DNA from: Candidatus Latescibacterota bacterium
Lineage (GTDB): Bacteria > Latescibacterota > UBA2968
Direction: 5' to 3'
NCBI GenBank assembly: GCA_965208125.1
Contig: OZ242320.1
Location: 1,344,001-1,408,000, forward strand
DNA: 64,000 nt
The notes under the pieces: generated by a model
Told to the model about the DNA's origin: nothing
Database searches by the model: none
The model's input: the letters and a program-made list of their open reading frames with translations, nothing else
Position numbers and translations under genes: made by a program
In this document: one piece after another, positions 60,713 through 64,000 of the stretch
Layout of the letters: each line of letters starts with the position of its first letter
How positions within the stretch are numbered: the stretch's first letter is position 1

Positions 60713-63565
60713 ATGATCAGGAACTACTTCATTCTACTTTGCTGCGCGGGTATCATAACTTCGTGTGCAACAACGCAGACAGAAGTTGAAACACCTCAAC
60801 CACCAGTTCCCCAACCACCATCACCCACCCTGCCCATCGATCCTGCTGTGCGAACGGGAAAACTGGCAAATGGGCTTCGCTATGTAATCCGGGAAAACAA
60901 ACGACCAGAGAACCGCGCCGAATTGCGCCTCGTAGTCAATGCGGGATCCATTCTGGAAGACAAAGACCAGCAGGGGCTGGCGCACTTTGCCGAACACATG
61001 GCATTTAATGGCACGGCCAATTTTCCCAAACAGGAAATTATCGATTTTCTCGAAAGCATAGGCATGCGCTTTGGCGCGCACTTAAATGCCTACACGAGTT
61101 TTGACGAGACCGTCTATATGCTTCGCGTGCCCACAGACAGCACCGAAGTAATGGAAAAGGCATTTCGCATTCTGGGCGACTGGGCGCATCGGGTAAAATT
61201 TGATCCCGAAGAAATTGAAAAAGAAAGAGGCGTGGTCATAGAAGAATGGCGTTCGGGGCGCGGAGCCGGAGCGCGCATGCGCGACAAACAATTGCCGGTC
61301 TTGCTCAAAGACTCGCGCTATGCCGAGCGTTTGCCCATCGGCCAAAAAGCATTGCTCGACACATTTAAGCACGAATCCCTCACGCGCTTTTATCGCGACT
61401 GGTATCGCCCCGACCTCATGGCAGTCATTGCAGTGGGAGACTTTGAAACAGACGCGATTGAAATCCTGATTAAAAAAACCTTTGAACCAATTCCAAAAGC
61501 AGAGAACCCGCGTGCCCGAACCGCCTATACGGTTCCCGACCACGGTGAAACCCTATTTGCAATTGCAACCGATCCGGAAAATTCCCGGTCTTCCATCTCT
61601 ATCTATTTCATGCAAGATGTCGCGCCCGAAGGAACAGTAGAAGATTATCGCAGCATGCTCATTCGCAACATGTTTAACAGCATGCTCAATCAGCGATTTA
61701 GCGAAATGACCAAAAAGCCCAATCCACCATTTTTGGGCGCGGGATCCAGCCGTGGCAACCTCGTCAGAACCAAAGCGGCGTACATCCTGGGTGCAGGCGT
61801 CAAAGAAGGGGGAATTGAACGCGGTTTGGAAGCCGTCTTAACAGAAGCCATTCGCGTCCAACGCCATGGATTTACGCAACCCGAAGTAGATCGCTTAAAA
61901 ACCAACATGTTGCGCAGCATCGAACAATCTTATCGCGAACGCGACAGACGCCGTTCGCGCGGTTTTGCATCGGAATACATCCGTCACATCTTGACGGGTG
62001 AACCCATTCCGGGCATTGAAATCGAACGCGATTTATTTCGTGAATTACTCCCCGGCATTCAAGTCGAAGAAATCAACCGCCTCGTCAGCGAATGGATCAC
62101 CGATAAAAACCGCGTCATCGTAGTCACCGCACCCGAAAAAGATGGCCTATCTGTACCTTCTGAAACTGACCTGCTGAACATAATCAACGCGGTACAACAA
62201 AAAGAGGTCGAACCCTATGTGGAAGATGTATCCGACGACCCCCTCATCTCACATATCCCAACGCCGGGCAAAGTCGTGCGCGAAACCACCATCGACACCT
62301 TTGGCGTCACTGAGTGGACATTGAGCAACGGGGTAAAAGTCGTCATGAAACCCACGGACTTCAAAAACGACGAAATCCTGTTCACATCCTTCAGTCCGGG
62401 CGGTCATTCTCTCTCAAGCGATGAAAACTACATGGCGGCATCCACAGCGACATCAGCTGTAATGGAAAGTGGCCTGGGCAAATTCAATCAAATTGAACTC
62501 AATAAAAAACTCGCCGGCAAGGTTGTGCGCGTGTCGCCCCGCATCAGCAGCCTCAGCGAAGGCGTATCGGGCAGCGCGTCTCCCGAAGACACAGAAACCA
62601 TGTTCCAACTCATCTATCTCATCTTTACAGAACCGCGTGCAGACTCTCTGGCATTTCAAGCACTTCTGGACCGCTATCGAGGCATATTGCAAAATCGGGA
62701 TATGAGACCAACGACAGCTTATTCCGATACGATTCAAGTTACCATGTCTCAATACCACGTCAGATCGCGCCCGCTATCAAACGAAATACTGGGGGAAATG
62801 GACCTGCAAAAATCGCTGGCATTTTACAAAGACCGATTTGCCGATGCCAGTGACTTCACATTCGTATTTGTCGGCAACTTTGAGCCAGAAAAAATAAAAC
62901 CGCTAATAGAAACCTATCTCGGCGGCTTGCCCGCACTCAACCGCGGAGAAACCTGGCGCGATACGGGCGTCAGAGCGCCAAAAGGCGTCATTGAAAAAAC
63001 CGTGAAACGGGGACAAGAACCCAAAAGTCAGACGCGTTTGATCTTCACCGGACCTTTTGATTACAACGATCGATTTAAGCGATATGTCATTGGCTCAATG
63101 GGCGATGTCTTGCAGATAAAACTTCGGGAAGTACTCCGAGAAGACGAGGGCGGCACGTACGGCGTTGGCGTGCGCACATCTCGCTCGCGTTGGCCCGAAG
63201 GCAGGTACAGCATATCAATCAGCTTTGGATGCGATCCCGAGCGGTTGGAAGAATTGACGCAACTCGTCTTTGCCCAAATTGACAGCATGAAACAAAAACC
63301 CGTCGATCAATCCTACATCGACAAAGTGACCGAAATGGATTTGCGGGGCAGGGAAACCAACAAAAAAGAAAACGGATACTGGCGCAATACGCTGAGTACG
63401 TATTACCAGAATGAGATCGACTTGATGGCGTGGCTGACATACGAAGACGAAGTCATCAAAAAACTCACAGCAGAACACGTACAAAAAGCGACGCAGCAAT
63501 ATTTCAACATGGAAAACTACGCGCGATTCGTCCTGTTACCCGAAGAAGGGATGGCGGAAAAATGA
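60713..63565 (+). CDS. M16 zinc peptidase (PqqL-like) lipoprotein
   Basis: Inverted zinc motif HFAEH, NAYTSFDETVY, EKERGVVIEE; lipobox ITSC. Confidence 0.95.
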   Translation: MIRNYFILLCCAGIITSCATTQTEVETPQPPVPQPPSPTLPIDPAVRTGKLANGLRYVIRENKRPENRAELRLVVNAGSILEDKDQQGLAHFAEHMAFNGTANFPKQEIIDFLESIGMRFGAHLNAYTSFDETVYMLRVPTDSTEVMEKAFRILGDWAHRVKFDPEEIEKERGVVIEEWRSGRGAGARMRDKQLPVLLKDSRYAERLPIGQKALLDTFKHESLTRFYRDWYRPDLMAVIAVGDFETDAIEILIKKTFEPIPKAENPRARTAYTVPDHGETLFAIATDPENSRSSISIYFMQDVAPEGTVEDYRSMLIRNMFNSMLNQRFSEMTKKPNPPFLGAGSSRGNLVRTKAAYILGAGVKEGGIERGLEAVLTEAIRVQRHGFTQPEVDRLKTNMLRSIEQSYRERDRRRSRGFASEYIRHILTGEPIPGIEIERDLFRELLPGIQVEEINRLVSEWITDKNRVIVVTAPEKDGLSVPSETDLLNIINAVQQKEVEPYVEDVSDDPLISHIPTPGKVVRETTIDTFGVTEWTLSNGVKVVMKPTDFKNDEILFTSFSPGGHSLSSDENYMAASTATSAVMESGLGKFNQIELNKKLAGKVVRVSPRISSLSEGVSGSASPEDTETMFQLIYLIFTEPRADSLAFQALLDRYRGILQNRDMRPTTAYSDTIQVTMSQYHVRSRPLSNEILGEMDLQKSLAFYKDRFADASDFTFVFVGNFEPEKIKPLIETYLGGLPALNRGETWRDTGVRAPKGVIEKTVKRGQEPKSQTRLIFTGPFDYNDRFKRYVIGSMGDVLQIKLREVLREDEGGTYGVGVRTSRSRWPEGRYSISISFGCDPERLEELTQLVFAQIDSMKQKPVDQSYIDKVTEMDLRGRETNKKENGYWRNTLSTYYQNEIDLMAWLTYEDEVIKKLTAEHVQKATQQYFNMENYARFVLLPEEGMAEK

Positions 63566-64000
63566 CCATAGATGCTGAGATGAACCGCTTAAAAAACGCC
63601 ACCTATCCCGGTCGTGGCATTGTAATAGGACAAACTCCTGATACCTCTTGTATGGTTCAGATCTACTGGATCATGGGCCGCAGTCCCAGCAGCCGCAACC
63701 GCGTATTTGTGCGAGAAAGCGACGCGATAAAAACCGACACCGTGGATAAATCCCAGGATGTTGATCCACTAACCTTGTACTATCCCATCAAAGTATTGGG
63801 CGACGCGCATATCGTCACAAATGGCGACCAGACCGACACAATCGTCCATACCCTGCAAAACGGCGGCTCCTTTGAATCAGCCCTCAAAACCCGCACTTAT
63901 GAACCCGACGCCCCCAATTTTACACCGCGCATCTCAGGCCTTACCGACCTGGGTGATTCCCAGGCCTATCGACTATCAGTCTTAAAAACCGTTGGCGGCG
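63562..64000 (+). CDS. Stand-alone IMP cyclohydrolase-like protein, 5' part
   Basis: Manual translation from ATG 63562: YPGRGIVIG, YWIMGRSPSSRNRVF, TNGDQTDTI, YEPDAPNFTPRISG; runs off the window. Confidence 0.85.
   Translation, partial: MTIDAEMNRLKNATYPGRGIVIGQTPDTSCMVQIYWIMGRSPSSRNRVFVRESDAIKTDTVDKSQDVDPLTLYYPIKVLGDAHIVTNGDQTDTIVHTLQNGGSFESALKTRTYEPDAPNFTPRISGLTDLGDSQAYRLSVLKTVGG

Overview
Bacterial chromosomal window from a diderm organism. The Mla transporter, FlgD/T9SS-like C-terminal sorting domains, DFDxSGxVDFxDF dockerin-like repeats and many sulfatases, PhyH dioxygenases and amidohydrolases suggest a Latescibacterota/Gemmatimonadota-like FCB-group bacterium (inference). Housekeeping content: rnr (partial), sodN, CIRCE-groES-groEL, pyrD, rlpA, hemE-hemH-hemY, glnA, tRNA-Pro(GGG), mlaEFD, a sigma-70 factor, proA, an M16 peptidase and a partial IMP cyclohydrolase-like gene. 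A long catabolic region spans about 39.9-58.6 kb. The most unusual element is a tandem array of four secreted, membrane-free Cache-domain proteins (17.6-26.1 kb) with a constant scaffold, discrete hypervariable segments and mosaic ancestry; its duplication junctions can be read to the base. A second accessory block (35.3-39.9 kb) holds a sigma-70 region-4 HTH gene with paired 15-bp repeats, a compact frameshifted TnpB element whose right end supplies the stop codon of the neighbouring gene, and a PL6-like lyase. Fourteen GTAG-type REP elements of two alternating subtypes are dispersed through the window. All calls were made by eye from motifs; no searches were run.
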